Origin: a virus
Lineage: Duplodnaviria > Caudoviricetes
Reading direction: 5' to 3' (one strand)
IMG/VR virus record: IMGVR_UViG_3300008740_000001
Location: 128,001 to 192,000 of that record
DNA length: 64,000 nt
Part shown: piece after piece, positions 10,416 through 19,110 of the stretch
How positions within the stretch are numbered: the first letter of the stretch is position 1
How the letters are laid out: every line of letters begins with the position of its first letter
Made by a program: the position numbers and the translations under genes
The notes under the pieces: model-generated
Database searches by the model: none
Told to the model about the DNA's origin: nothing
What the model saw: only the letters and a program-made list of their open reading frames with translations

Positions 10416-11693
10416 ATGAAAGCAACTGACAAAAATATGATGCGCGGCAAAAACGACTTGTCATCGGATCTTATTTACTATTATCGGCTTTTGTACTCTG
10501 TTGTTCATAGTGTTGGTTCTCCGTATAAAAAGATTGGCAAAAGCGTCAGAAACTTTGAAAACGGAGAAAGAGTAATGTATGGGCGAGTTGACAGGGAGTA
10601 TGTTGCCATTTTGCCAAAAGAAGAACTGCTAGTGGCTCCCTCGGGCCAGACAGGCACGCAATTAGTTAGGGTAATGCCCTTCGTAGCAGATGCATTTGAG
10701 GATTTTCAAAAGGCATTTCAGTCAGCACTGTACGCCAAAAAGATAAGTGGCAATGACGCTTTTTTGTCGACGCCAATGCCAAAGAAGGGGTACATGTCCC
10801 CTACTCAACAATATAAAGAATATCGTCGTGCCATGTTTAAGATATTTATAAAATACTTAGACGCCTTAGACTGCCACAAGAAGATAACAGATTTTGAGAG
10901 CTTTCAGATTTACTTTATGGACTTTGTTAGAAACACAACTGCCCGGGCCCCTTTTACCATAGAAGGGTTTCAAAGAAGCCACCTTGCACACCCGCACATG
11001 TCTGGACTTGTAATAGACTTAGCAGACACGCTAGATCCGGCAGACGACAAGGCAAAAGTTGAAAAGATTTTTGAAAGCCCCAATTACAGATTTTATGAAA
11101 ACGCCGCAATGCAGTTTGGGTTTTCTATTGACAAAAACTGTCCTTGGAGACTGGTTGCAGATTTGGGTAGCCCCGTTATGCTCACATACATGGAAAATAG
11201 AGGATTTTCTTCAGTTGACAGGGTATTAAGAAAGTGTTATGATAAGGCTTATATGAGCGGGTACAATATATTCAAAACTATGTTAGAAATGTATTATAAT
11301 AGTTATATCGATCTCAAGAAGCGAGTAGTCTTTCCGAAGCGTAACTCGAAAGGGGACTATATTAGTGCCTCACTAAAGAGGAGCCAAACTAGTCTTGCTG
11401 ATTTATCTTTTGAATATGGCGAATCATACTTTTTAGAAAAATATATCACCATTAGAAATTTAGAAGAAGGGGGAATGTTTAGTGAGCAGAAAGTGCAGCT
11501 TATGCTGAGTCGCTCGTTAGAGATGATCCAAATAAGCGGTACAGAGTCGGCATTAAAGTACATCAATGAACAACTTTCTGATACCACCAATCGCTCTGGC
11601 TCGCTTGCACAGCGGAAACACAGAAGAAAAAAGAAAAAAGAAGAAGAAAAAGCCTTGCAATCTCAACCAAAACCGGGTACAATGAAATACTAG
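10416..11693 (+). CDS. Hypothetical protein
   Basis: 425-aa ORF abutting the hub gene; no recognised motif. Confidence 0.6.
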   Translation: MKATDKNMMRGKNDLSSDLIYYYRLLYSVVHSVGSPYKKIGKSVRNFENGERVMYGRVDREYVAILPKEELLVAPSGQTGTQLVRVMPFVADAFEDFQKAFQSALYAKKISGNDAFLSTPMPKKGYMSPTQQYKEYRRAMFKIFIKYLDALDCHKKITDFESFQIYFMDFVRNTTARAPFTIEGFQRSHLAHPHMSGLVIDLADTLDPADDKAKVEKIFESPNYRFYENAAMQFGFSIDKNCPWRLVADLGSPVMLTYMENRGFSSVDRVLRKCYDKAYMSGYNIFKTMLEMYYNSYIDLKKRVVFPKRNSKGDYISASLKRSQTSLADLSFEYGESYFLEKYITIRNLEEGGMFSEQKVQLMLSRSLEMIQISGTESALKYINEQLSDTTNRSGSLAQRKHRRKKKKEEEKALQSQPKPGTMKY

Positions 11694-11704
11694 GTAGGTG
11701 TTCT

Positions 11705-12889
11705 TTGCTGTTTCAAGCACTAGATAACAAAAATGAATGTATTGGCGTATATGCCAACGGGGAGTTGATCTATGAACTCCCAGAGAATCTGACAAAAACG
11801 TGGGGATATTCCTCATTTCTTTCGGAACGAGAAATTGAATATGCTAGCCTATATTGCATGGGCAAGGACATATCAGAAGTGTGTCCCGAAGGATTAAGAG
11901 AGGAGTGGGCTTTGTCTTCTGAACGCATGCGCGCTTATCTGAAATCCTTTACAATTGCAAAGATATCCCTAGACGACAATTGTTTTTTCGACCTGATCCC
12001 GAAACGTCATTTAATGGAATTGTGCGAAGTTAAGAATAAGATAGCAGAGCATGTTTTCCAGACATATGAGAGGCCAAGGAATTATGAACATCTCTTGGCA
12101 GTCACGAAACTTGTGGAAGACATCGCGCAACAGCCGTTGAAAGTAAACTCCGCGAACATAAAACACCTCAGAGCCAGCTTGCAGGCTCGAAATTTTTTAA
12201 AGAAAATTCAACGATCATCGTCGTATTGTAAATATGTCGTCGACGGAACTAAAACCGGCAGGTTGACCGTAAGGCCAAACAGCTTTCCTATTTTGACAAT
12301 GAATAAAGATTTTCGCTCTGTCCTAGAGCCTCAAAATGATTGGTTTGTCGAATTAGATTACAATGCCGCCGAATTGCGAGTATTGTTGGCCTTGCTTGAA
12401 AAGGAACAGCCAAAAGGCGATATCCACAAGTGGAACTTGGAAAATGTGTTCAAAGGAATGAATACCAGATCTGGGGCGAAAAAGAGGGCCTTTGCTTGGC
12501 TGTATAACCCAAATTCAGAAGATACGCTTATGGATCACTTCTACGAAAGAAACGTGGTTGTGGATAAATTTTGGGACGGCTCTAACGTAAACACCTGTTT
12601 TGGCAGAACTATTCCGGCTGACTCCTTTCACGCACTAAACTATATTGTCCAAAGCACCTGTGCGGATATGGTCTTGGAGCAAGCATGCAAAATACATCGA
12701 TTGCTGGCTCATAAACGCTCCTCAATCGCGTTTGTGGTTCACGACAGTATAGTGCTCGACTTTGCGGACGAAGACCGTCAGACGCTAGCTGAGCTTGTTA
12801 GTGAATATTCCACTACAAGGTTAGGTCAGTTCATGGTAAACTTGAACGCAGGAAAAAACTTTGGCAACCTTAAACCATTGAGGACGTAA
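11705..12889 (+). CDS. Minimal family-A DNA polymerase-like protein
   Basis: TKTGRL, motif A LDYNAAELRVL, motif B RSGAKKRAFAWLY, motif C VHDS; only 394 aa. Confidence 0.82.
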   Translation: MLFQALDNKNECIGVYANGELIYELPENLTKTWGYSSFLSEREIEYASLYCMGKDISEVCPEGLREEWALSSERMRAYLKSFTIAKISLDDNCFFDLIPKRHLMELCEVKNKIAEHVFQTYERPRNYEHLLAVTKLVEDIAQQPLKVNSANIKHLRASLQARNFLKKIQRSSSYCKYVVDGTKTGRLTVRPNSFPILTMNKDFRSVLEPQNDWFVELDYNAAELRVLLALLEKEQPKGDIHKWNLENVFKGMNTRSGAKKRAFAWLYNPNSEDTLMDHFYERNVVVDKFWDGSNVNTCFGRTIPADSFHALNYIVQSTCADMVLEQACKIHRLLAHKRSSIAFVVHDSIVLDFADEDRQTLAELVSEYSTTRLGQFMVNLNAGKNFGNLKPLRT

Positions 12890-13735
12890 ATGGATAAAAT
12901 CATCGGCCTAGGCGCCGCCGGCTGCAATGTGGTCAAAGAATTTCAGAAATTCCCACAATATACTGGATATCAGCTTGACGTTGGCCTTAAAGGTCTAAAG
13001 AAAAATGGAATATATTCTATAGAACCGCAGGAAACCCCAGAAGCATACGAATCTGGTTGTCCTTCTGTTAAAAATTTTCTGAAAGAGGCGAAGCCTACAG
13101 TAAAGTTCGTACTTGCTGGATCTGGCAAAATTGCAGGTGCGACACTTTCAATTTTAGAGCAAATCAAGGATAGAGATATCCACGTTTTGTTTGTGAAGTC
13201 TGACGAGCGGCGCCTGAGTGAACACGCACGGCTTACTGAACGTGCAACTTTTGGAATCTTGCAGGAATACGCCAGATCGGGGCTTTTGGGCTCTATTGAA
13301 CTTGTTAGCAACAAAGCGGTCAGTGGTATTTTGGGGAAAGTTCCGGTTATGGGATATTATCCAGCGATTAACGAACTAATGATCAACACCATGCACATGA
13401 TTAACGTATTTGACAACTCAACTCCTATTATATCGGACTTTTCCCCGGTTTCAGAGATTAATAGAATTGCAACGTATGGGGTCTGCCCGTTCGAAGAAAA
13501 AAATAAAGAAAATTTGTTTTTTCCACTTGACAACGTTCGACAAATGAGGTATTATTTTGCTATAAATCAAAAACAATTAGAAGAAGACACAGAATTAAAC
13601 TATAAAATTAATGAGTTTTTGGACGACTCACAAGAAGAAGAAATCGACACTTCATACGGAATTTATTCTACAAATTATGAACAAAATTTTGTATACTATA
13701 AACTATACACTAACGCAATACAGGAGTACAAATGA
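12890..13735 (+). CDS. Divergent tubulin/FtsZ-family protein
   Basis: N-terminal IIGLGAAGCNVV (FtsZ T1 loop), then FVLAGSGKIAG at the signature-loop position; ~280 aa. Confidence 0.72.
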   Translation: MDKIIGLGAAGCNVVKEFQKFPQYTGYQLDVGLKGLKKNGIYSIEPQETPEAYESGCPSVKNFLKEAKPTVKFVLAGSGKIAGATLSILEQIKDRDIHVLFVKSDERRLSEHARLTERATFGILQEYARSGLLGSIELVSNKAVSGILGKVPVMGYYPAINELMINTMHMINVFDNSTPIISDFSPVSEINRIATYGVCPFEEKNKENLFFPLDNVRQMRYYFAINQKQLEEDTELNYKINEFLDDSQEEEIDTSYGIYSTNYEQNFVYYKLYTNAIQEYK

Positions 13736-14016
13736 AAGCGTATACGGGAACTTTTACCAAGGTGGATGGTAGCAAACGAACAATGAATTTTGTTCGCTTG
13801 ACAGACTTGCCAGACAGCTTCCTCGCCGCGCAAATTAAGGGGCGAAATCTCTCAGAAACACGAATTCGAGCCAAGGCTAGGATGGTTGCTGAGGGGAAGG
13901 AGACTGTATGGGATCTAGAGAAGAACACGTTTCGTATTTTTAACTGGAAAACGACCACCGGTGAGGTTACAGAAATCGAGATCGAAAATAAAAACTTTTT
14001 TGAAAATAATACTTGA
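13732..14016 (+). CDS. WYL_2/DUF2693-like SH3-fold protein
   Basis: FTKVDGSKRTM...VWDLEKNTFRIF pattern. Confidence 0.55.
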   Translation: MKAYTGTFTKVDGSKRTMNFVRLTDLPDSFLAAQIKGRNLSETRIRAKARMVAEGKETVWDLEKNTFRIFNWKTTTGEVTEIEIENKNFFENNT

Positions 14017-14041
14017 CTTTTATATAAAGCGGTGTTATATT
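14013..14041 (+). promoter_or_regulatory. Sigma70-type promoter for the SSB gene
   Basis: TTGACT-N17-TATATT with extended -10 TG. Confidence 0.8.
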
Positions 14042-14107
14042 TAATAACAGAGGATCGGAATATTTGCCGATTCTACTATAGCCAAGAGCAAAAAGGAGAA
14101 AAGACTA

Positions 14108-14848
14108 ATGGCAATTGATATGAAGGCTATGCGCGCCAAGTTAAGCGCACTCAAGAACGGGGGTCAGAGGAACACTTTCTGGCGCCCACAGGATGGGGAT
14201 CAGACGATCCGCATTGTTACCCCGGAAGACGGAGATCCCTTTAAGGACTACTTCTTCCACTATAACGTGGGCAACAATAGTGGGTTTTTGTGCCCAAAGA
14301 GAAACTACGGAGATGACTGCGCAGTTTGCAACTTTGTTCGTGCCCTTTATGATGAAGGCACGGAGGAATCTGTAAAGATGGCAAAGTCCCTCACAGCCCG
14401 TCAGCGTTTCTTCAGTCCCGTCGTTGTACGTGGCGAGGAGAAGGAAGGGGTCCGCATTTGGGGTTATGGCAAGACCGCATATGAGACTCTTCTGAATCTG
14501 GTCCTTAACCCAGATTACGGTGATATCACCGATGTTGATGAGGGCACAGATCTTTCCGTTAACTACGGAAAGCCCGCCGGAGCTTCGTTCCCGCAAACGA
14601 AGATCCAACCTCGCCGTCGCACTAGTGCACTTGCGGATTCACCAGAGTTCGTGGCTGAGTTACTCAGCAATATTCCTGAGTTTGAAAGTCTCTTTGAAAA
14701 GAAGAGCACACAGGATGTTGAAGGACTCCTAGACGCTTTTTTGTCTGACGATGAAGATGTTGAAGAGCGCTCTAGTGAAACTGTTCGCTACACTTCAAAG
14801 AGTGAAACCTCAAGTGTTGATGAAGCGTTTGACTCGCTTCTAGCTTAA
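14108..14848 (+). CDS. Single-stranded DNA-binding protein (T4 gp32-like)
   Basis: FWRP..G...IRI, H/C zinc ligands (FHY...CP...C.VC), acidic C-terminal tail; AAGGAG SD. Confidence 0.85.
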   Translation: MAIDMKAMRAKLSALKNGGQRNTFWRPQDGDQTIRIVTPEDGDPFKDYFFHYNVGNNSGFLCPKRNYGDDCAVCNFVRALYDEGTEESVKMAKSLTARQRFFSPVVVRGEEKEGVRIWGYGKTAYETLLNLVLNPDYGDITDVDEGTDLSVNYGKPAGASFPQTKIQPRRRTSALADSPEFVAELLSNIPEFESLFEKKSTQDVEGLLDAFLSDDEDVEERSSETVRYTSKSETSSVDEAFDSLLA

Positions 14849-14928
14849 CGACAGCGCCCACAGGGAGGCACAGGGTTATCAGGTGCCTCACCCTTTATAG
14901 TAAATAGTATTGTAATTACCAATTTTAT

Positions 14929-15004
<76 letters not shown>

Positions 15005-15026
15005 TTTTTTTAAGGCCGGAGATAAC

Positions 15027-15308
15027 ATGTTTAAGAAAATCGCAATTTTGATTATGCTCACCCTCACCGCCAGCAGTACTGCTATGGCTGCCGGGTTTGA
15101 AGCCGACACAAAGTTAACACGCGCTGAGGCAGTCAGTGGCTTGCACTTGCACCATCATCATCCACCTCCACCAAAGCCTCGTCCACATCGAGCACCGCCA
15201 CCGAAATACGTGGCACCAGTGGTTACTGCCGCAGTCGTCTTGGCTGTGGGAGCAATTATCCTTGTGGATTCGCTCAATCACCACCCAACACACGCTCACG
15301 TACATTAG
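15027..15308 (+). CDS. Secreted/membrane His-Pro-rich protein
   Basis: Signal peptide, HLHHHHPPPPKPRPH, C-terminal hydrophobic helix; GGAG SD. Confidence 0.6.
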   Translation: MFKKIAILIMLTLTASSTAMAAGFEADTKLTRAEAVSGLHLHHHHPPPPKPRPHRAPPPKYVAPVVTAAVVLAVGAIILVDSLNHHPTHAHVH

Positions 15309-15311
15309 GAA

Positions 15312-16439
15312 ATGCTTAGAATGGCGAAAAGAAAGAAGAGTGGCGCCGGCAAGATGTCTATTGCCGATATGCGTTCAATTATCAACAAAAAGGCTGGAAT
15401 GGAAGTCGCCCACAGCCTAGCCGGTGAGAATCCAACCGAAGTAAAAGATTGGATTCCCACCGGTTCTCGTTGGCTGGATTCAATTATTGCCCGGGGCAAA
15501 CGAGCCGGGATCCCCGTAGGCAAGGTCACGGAGATCGCAGGTCTCGAAGCTTCTGGCAAGTCTTTCTTGGCTGCACAAGTTGCCGCCAACGCGCAGAAGA
15601 TGGGCATCGACGTAATCTATTTTGATTCTGAGTCTGCCATCGACCCAATGTTTTTGACACGGGCAGGGTGTGATATTAATGATCTTCTATATGTTCAAGC
15701 CTCTTCTGTTGAGTTTGTTCTGGAGACTATCGAAGATTTGCTGGCCAATAATGAGAACAGGATGCTTTTCATCTGGGACTCTCTAGCACTGACGCCGGCT
15801 ATATCGGACGTTGAAGGCGACTTTAACCCACAATCTTCTATGGCTATGAAGGCGCGCATTCTCGCCAAGGGCATGAGTAAACTAACAGTTCCGATTGCCA
15901 ACTCGCAGTCGACGTTTTTGGTCCTGAATCAGCTTAAGTCTAATATTACGCGCTCACCATCTGAAGCCCTTGTTACGCCTTATATGACACCGGGCGGCAA
16001 GGCTATGATTTACGCCTATTCGCTTCGGATTTGGCTAACTCGCCGGAAGGCAAAAGCCAGCTTTATTACAGACGACAAGGGGTTCCGCATCGGTTCAGAA
16101 GTAAAGGTAAAGTTGGAGAAATCACGCTTTGGAACACAGGGCCGTCAGTGCAACTTCAAAATTTTGTGGGGCACGGAAGATGTTGGTGTGCAAGACCGGG
16201 AATCATGGTTTGAAGCCATCAAGGGATCAGAACATATCAAGCAGGCCGGCGCATGGTTTACACTAATGTACGCTGACGGCACCGAAGAACGTTTTCAGGC
16301 GTCAAAGTGGGCGAAAAAGCTAGAAAATGAGAAGTTCCTTGCTAGGGTAGAAGAGCTTATGGATATCGAAGTTGTGAGAAAATTCGATGCACGCGAAGGC
16401 ACTGCCGAAGAATTTTACGGGGAAAAAGAAGAAAATTAA
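15312..16439 (+). CDS. recA: RecA/UvsX recombinase
   Basis: Walker A GLEASGKS, YFDSE, IWDS, LNQ, TPGGKA..YAYSLRI. Confidence 0.93.
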   Translation: MLRMAKRKKSGAGKMSIADMRSIINKKAGMEVAHSLAGENPTEVKDWIPTGSRWLDSIIARGKRAGIPVGKVTEIAGLEASGKSFLAAQVAANAQKMGIDVIYFDSESAIDPMFLTRAGCDINDLLYVQASSVEFVLETIEDLLANNENRMLFIWDSLALTPAISDVEGDFNPQSSMAMKARILAKGMSKLTVPIANSQSTFLVLNQLKSNITRSPSEALVTPYMTPGGKAMIYAYSLRIWLTRRKAKASFITDDKGFRIGSEVKVKLEKSRFGTQGRQCNFKILWGTEDVGVQDRESWFEAIKGSEHIKQAGAWFTLMYADGTEERFQASKWAKKLENEKFLARVEELMDIEVVRKFDAREGTAEEFYGEKEEN

Positions 16440-16448
16440 AAAAAACAC

Positions 16449-16477
16449 TTGACTACTTATTGCAAAAGTGTTATATT
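16449..16477 (+). promoter_or_regulatory. Sigma70-type promoter
   Basis: TTGACT-N17-TATATT. Confidence 0.8.
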
Positions 16478-16498
16478 ATTAATACAAAAGGAGAAAAA

Positions 16499-16834
16499 AT
16501 GAGATTTTCATTAGTAGCACTGCTTGCGCTCCTAACTAGCGGCTGCGCAGCGCATGCCCATCGACCCGTTTCTACGGTATATGTGGCAACCCCGCCTCCC
16601 ACAACGAAGGTTGTGTATGTGGCGCCATCCCCGACAATCCGATACCACTACGTGTATACAAACAGTACTTGGGTCCGTCGCACAGGCGCACCACCTGCAG
16701 GATCGCGGTATCATGCTCATCCAAGGCACAGTCACAGTGTGATTGTTCACCGTTCAACCAGCCCTAGGGCTAGCCATGGACACCAACCTCGTGCAAAGAG
16801 CACAACGAAGGTTGTCCGCCGCTCTACACGATAA
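16499..16834 (+). CDS. Predicted lipoprotein, Pro/His/Arg-rich
   Basis: MRFSLVALLALLTSG-C lipobox; AAGGAG SD. Confidence 0.68.
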   Translation: MRFSLVALLALLTSGCAAHAHRPVSTVYVATPPPTTKVVYVAPSPTIRYHYVYTNSTWVRRTGAPPAGSRYHAHPRHSHSVIVHRSTSPRASHGHQPRAKSTTKVVRRSTR

Positions 16835-16847
16835 CCAAGAGGTGTAT

Positions 16848-17372
16848 ATGCGCCACATCAGCGCTCTTTTCACGGCAGCTATTTTTTCAGGTTGTACTTT
16901 CCATGCCGACGCAGACGGCTGGATTTCACCCGGATACCCAGAAGACACCGGTACGACAATTGTCGATACCAGCGGCCATTCTGGCAATCATTCTATGATC
17001 GTCGATACATACGCCGAATGCTGGCTTATGCAGAACAACACTAATGGAGAGTATGGTTGGTACTTTGAAGCAGTGGTGGACTACGCCAACCATCACTTGG
17101 AGGCAATTGACGAGGTGTGGGTTGATGTCTACGACGGCGGAGGCCTTCTATTTTCTCAACTGATGTACGACGAGGTTGACTACGAAGCTTGGCTCCGACC
17201 ACCTGCAGCAGCAACTTTCGGATATCAGACCGACGAGTTGGACGGTGTGTTCATGTACGCAAATGTTGAACAAAATGTAAACCTTAAGTGCAACTCTAAC
17301 ATCCCTTATGATGTGTATACTACGGTTTATGATATTTATGGGAATTACGAAACAACTGTAGAATATCTTTAA
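16848..17372 (+). CDS. Predicted acidic lipoprotein
   Basis: MRHISALFTAAIFSG-C lipobox; GAGGTG SD. Confidence 0.62.
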   Translation: MRHISALFTAAIFSGCTFHADADGWISPGYPEDTGTTIVDTSGHSGNHSMIVDTYAECWLMQNNTNGEYGWYFEAVVDYANHHLEAIDEVWVDVYDGGGLLFSQLMYDEVDYEAWLRPPAAATFGYQTDELDGVFMYANVEQNVNLKCNSNIPYDVYTTVYDIYGNYETTVEYL

Positions 17373-17380
17373 ACTACTGC

Positions 17381-17426
17381 TTGACTCAGGCCCCTGTATC
17401 TGTTATATTATATGATATAGGGGCCT
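17381..17426 (+). promoter_or_regulatory. Sigma70-type promoter whose -10 is enclosed by a 13-bp inverted repeat
   Basis: TTGACT-N17-TATATT; AGGCCCCTGTATC...GATATAGGGGCCT. Confidence 0.7.
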
Positions 17427-17448
17427 TTGTGTATATAAGGAGAAGACT

Positions 17449-17928
17449 GTGAATATCGGAATAGACTTTCATGATACAATTTCGTATGCACCCGAGTTTT
17501 TTAAAAAACTGATCAGAGATTGGCGCGGAAATGTTTATATTGTAACTGGTACCCCGCCTTCAAAGTCGAACGAACTAATCCGAGATTTAGAAAAATATGG
17601 TTTCACTCCAGATGATTTCAAAGGCATTCTTATGGGCTTTGAATACGACAAGAATAAAATGAACTTGTCACACTTCAGGAAGATGGCTAAACACAAACTA
17701 AAACTCTTGCAAGAAAACGATATTCGGGTTTATTTCGACGATAATCCTTTTTATGTAGACTATGTTAGAGACCACGGCATAGTCGCTATGCAGCCAATTT
17801 TGAATAAAGAGTACCTTGCACGCTTCGAAGAAGCCGACCCCTTTTTTACTTGTAACCTTCAAAAGATGCAATTCGATTATCTAGAGGATCTGGAAAATGA
17901 TACCATGGTCCGATCAAAACACGAATGA
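17449..17928 (+). CDS. HAD-superfamily phosphatase/nucleotidase-like protein
   Basis: Motif I IGIDFHDT, motif II VTG, motif IV YFDDNP. Confidence 0.7.
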   Translation: MNIGIDFHDTISYAPEFFKKLIRDWRGNVYIVTGTPPSKSNELIRDLEKYGFTPDDFKGILMGFEYDKNKMNLSHFRKMAKHKLKLLQENDIRVYFDDNPFYVDYVRDHGIVAMQPILNKEYLARFEEADPFFTCNLQKMQFDYLEDLENDTMVRSKHE

Positions 17929-18158
17929 GGCTTGTAGATTGCGAAACTCCAGAAGTAAAACACTTAAAGGTGGGAGACTTAGTAACCTTTGACCCAAAAC
18001 ACTGCGGCCCCGAGTGGGCCGAAAAGATTGCAATTATTCTCGATATTGACATGGATATGTTGACACTTTGGTGCGAATATGATATATTTGATAGACAACC
18101 ATGGTGGGCCGTAACCATATTAAGCAAGGCAACAAATGAAACGAGTATTGATTATTGA
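17925..18158 (+). CDS. Small SH3/KOW-like protein
   Basis: KVGDLV...IAIIL pattern shared with the cassette family. Confidence 0.5.
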   Translation: MRLVDCETPEVKHLKVGDLVTFDPKHCGPEWAEKIAIILDIDMDMLTLWCEYDIFDRQPWWAVTILSKATNETSIDY

Positions 18159-19101
18159 CGCACTAAATATGTTTTTTAGAGCGTACATTGTAGACCCAAG
18201 TCTTTCCACTAACGGCCAACCCATTGGTGGTCTTAAAGGCTTTCTTAAGATTTTGCAGAAGCAGATCCGCGAGACAAAGCCAGACGAAGTGGTGATTGCT
18301 TGGGACGGCCAAGGTGGTTCCCGCAAGCGTAAGTCGGTTAACAAGAATTACAAAGAAGGACGCAAGCCAATACGTTTGAATCGTTCCATTCGGAACATGA
18401 CCGAGAACGAAGAAATGGAAAACAAGGTGTGGCAACAAACACGCCTATTCGACTATCTAAACGAGATGCCGATCTCTCAGGTGGTCTTGCCAGAGGTGGA
18501 GGCTGATGACGTGATTGCCGCTGTAAAGATTCTCGATTATTATCGCGGCTGGCAAAAGGTTATCGTTTCCAGCGATAAAGACTTTCTGCAATTGTGCGAT
18601 CACGAAACCGTTTTGTTTCGTCCAATTCAGAAGGTGGTGATGAACCGAAATGATGTTGTGGAAGAATATGGAATCCACCCAGAGAATATGGCCCTCGCCC
18701 GCGCTATCGTTGGTGACAAGTCGGACAACTTGGCTGGCATTTCTGGCATTGGTTTGAAAACTGTTGCTAAGAGATTTCCATTTTTGGCAAACGAGGAAAA
18801 TTGTACAATCGATAACTTGATTGAACACTGCGAAAACCACGAAGAATCAAGCTTGAAGGTATACACTTCGATTGTTGAAAATAGAGAACTAATTGAGGAA
18901 AACTATAAGCTTATGCAGCTTTATGTTCCATCGATTTCCGTACAGGGAAGACAGAAGGTAAAGTACGCCGTAGAAAACTCCGAAAAGAGCTTTAATCAAA
19001 CAGAAATTAATGTTATGATGCTACAAGATGGTATGGGAGTCTGGGATTGGACGACCCTATTTACCACCATGAAACGAATCGTAGCAAACTCAAAGGAATA
19101 G
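18136..19101 (+). CDS. 5'-3' exonuclease / flap endonuclease (Pol I N-domain, T4 RNase H-like)
   Basis: LIIDALN, EADDVI, SSDKDFLQ, GDKSDNLAGISGIGLKT (H3TH). Confidence 0.92.
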   Translation: MKRVLIIDALNMFFRAYIVDPSLSTNGQPIGGLKGFLKILQKQIRETKPDEVVIAWDGQGGSRKRKSVNKNYKEGRKPIRLNRSIRNMTENEEMENKVWQQTRLFDYLNEMPISQVVLPEVEADDVIAAVKILDYYRGWQKVIVSSDKDFLQLCDHETVLFRPIQKVVMNRNDVVEEYGIHPENMALARAIVGDKSDNLAGISGIGLKTVAKRFPFLANEENCTIDNLIEHCENHEESSLKVYTSIVENRELIEENYKLMQLYVPSISVQGRQKVKYAVENSEKSFNQTEINVMMLQDGMGVWDWTTLFTTMKRIVANSKE

Positions 19102-19110
19102 GGGCGCCCA

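Noticed and set aside
12890-13735. Evidence for a phage nucleus
   Set aside because: A tubulin-like gene alone is insufficient, and no chimallin or multisubunit RNAP gene is visible in this window.
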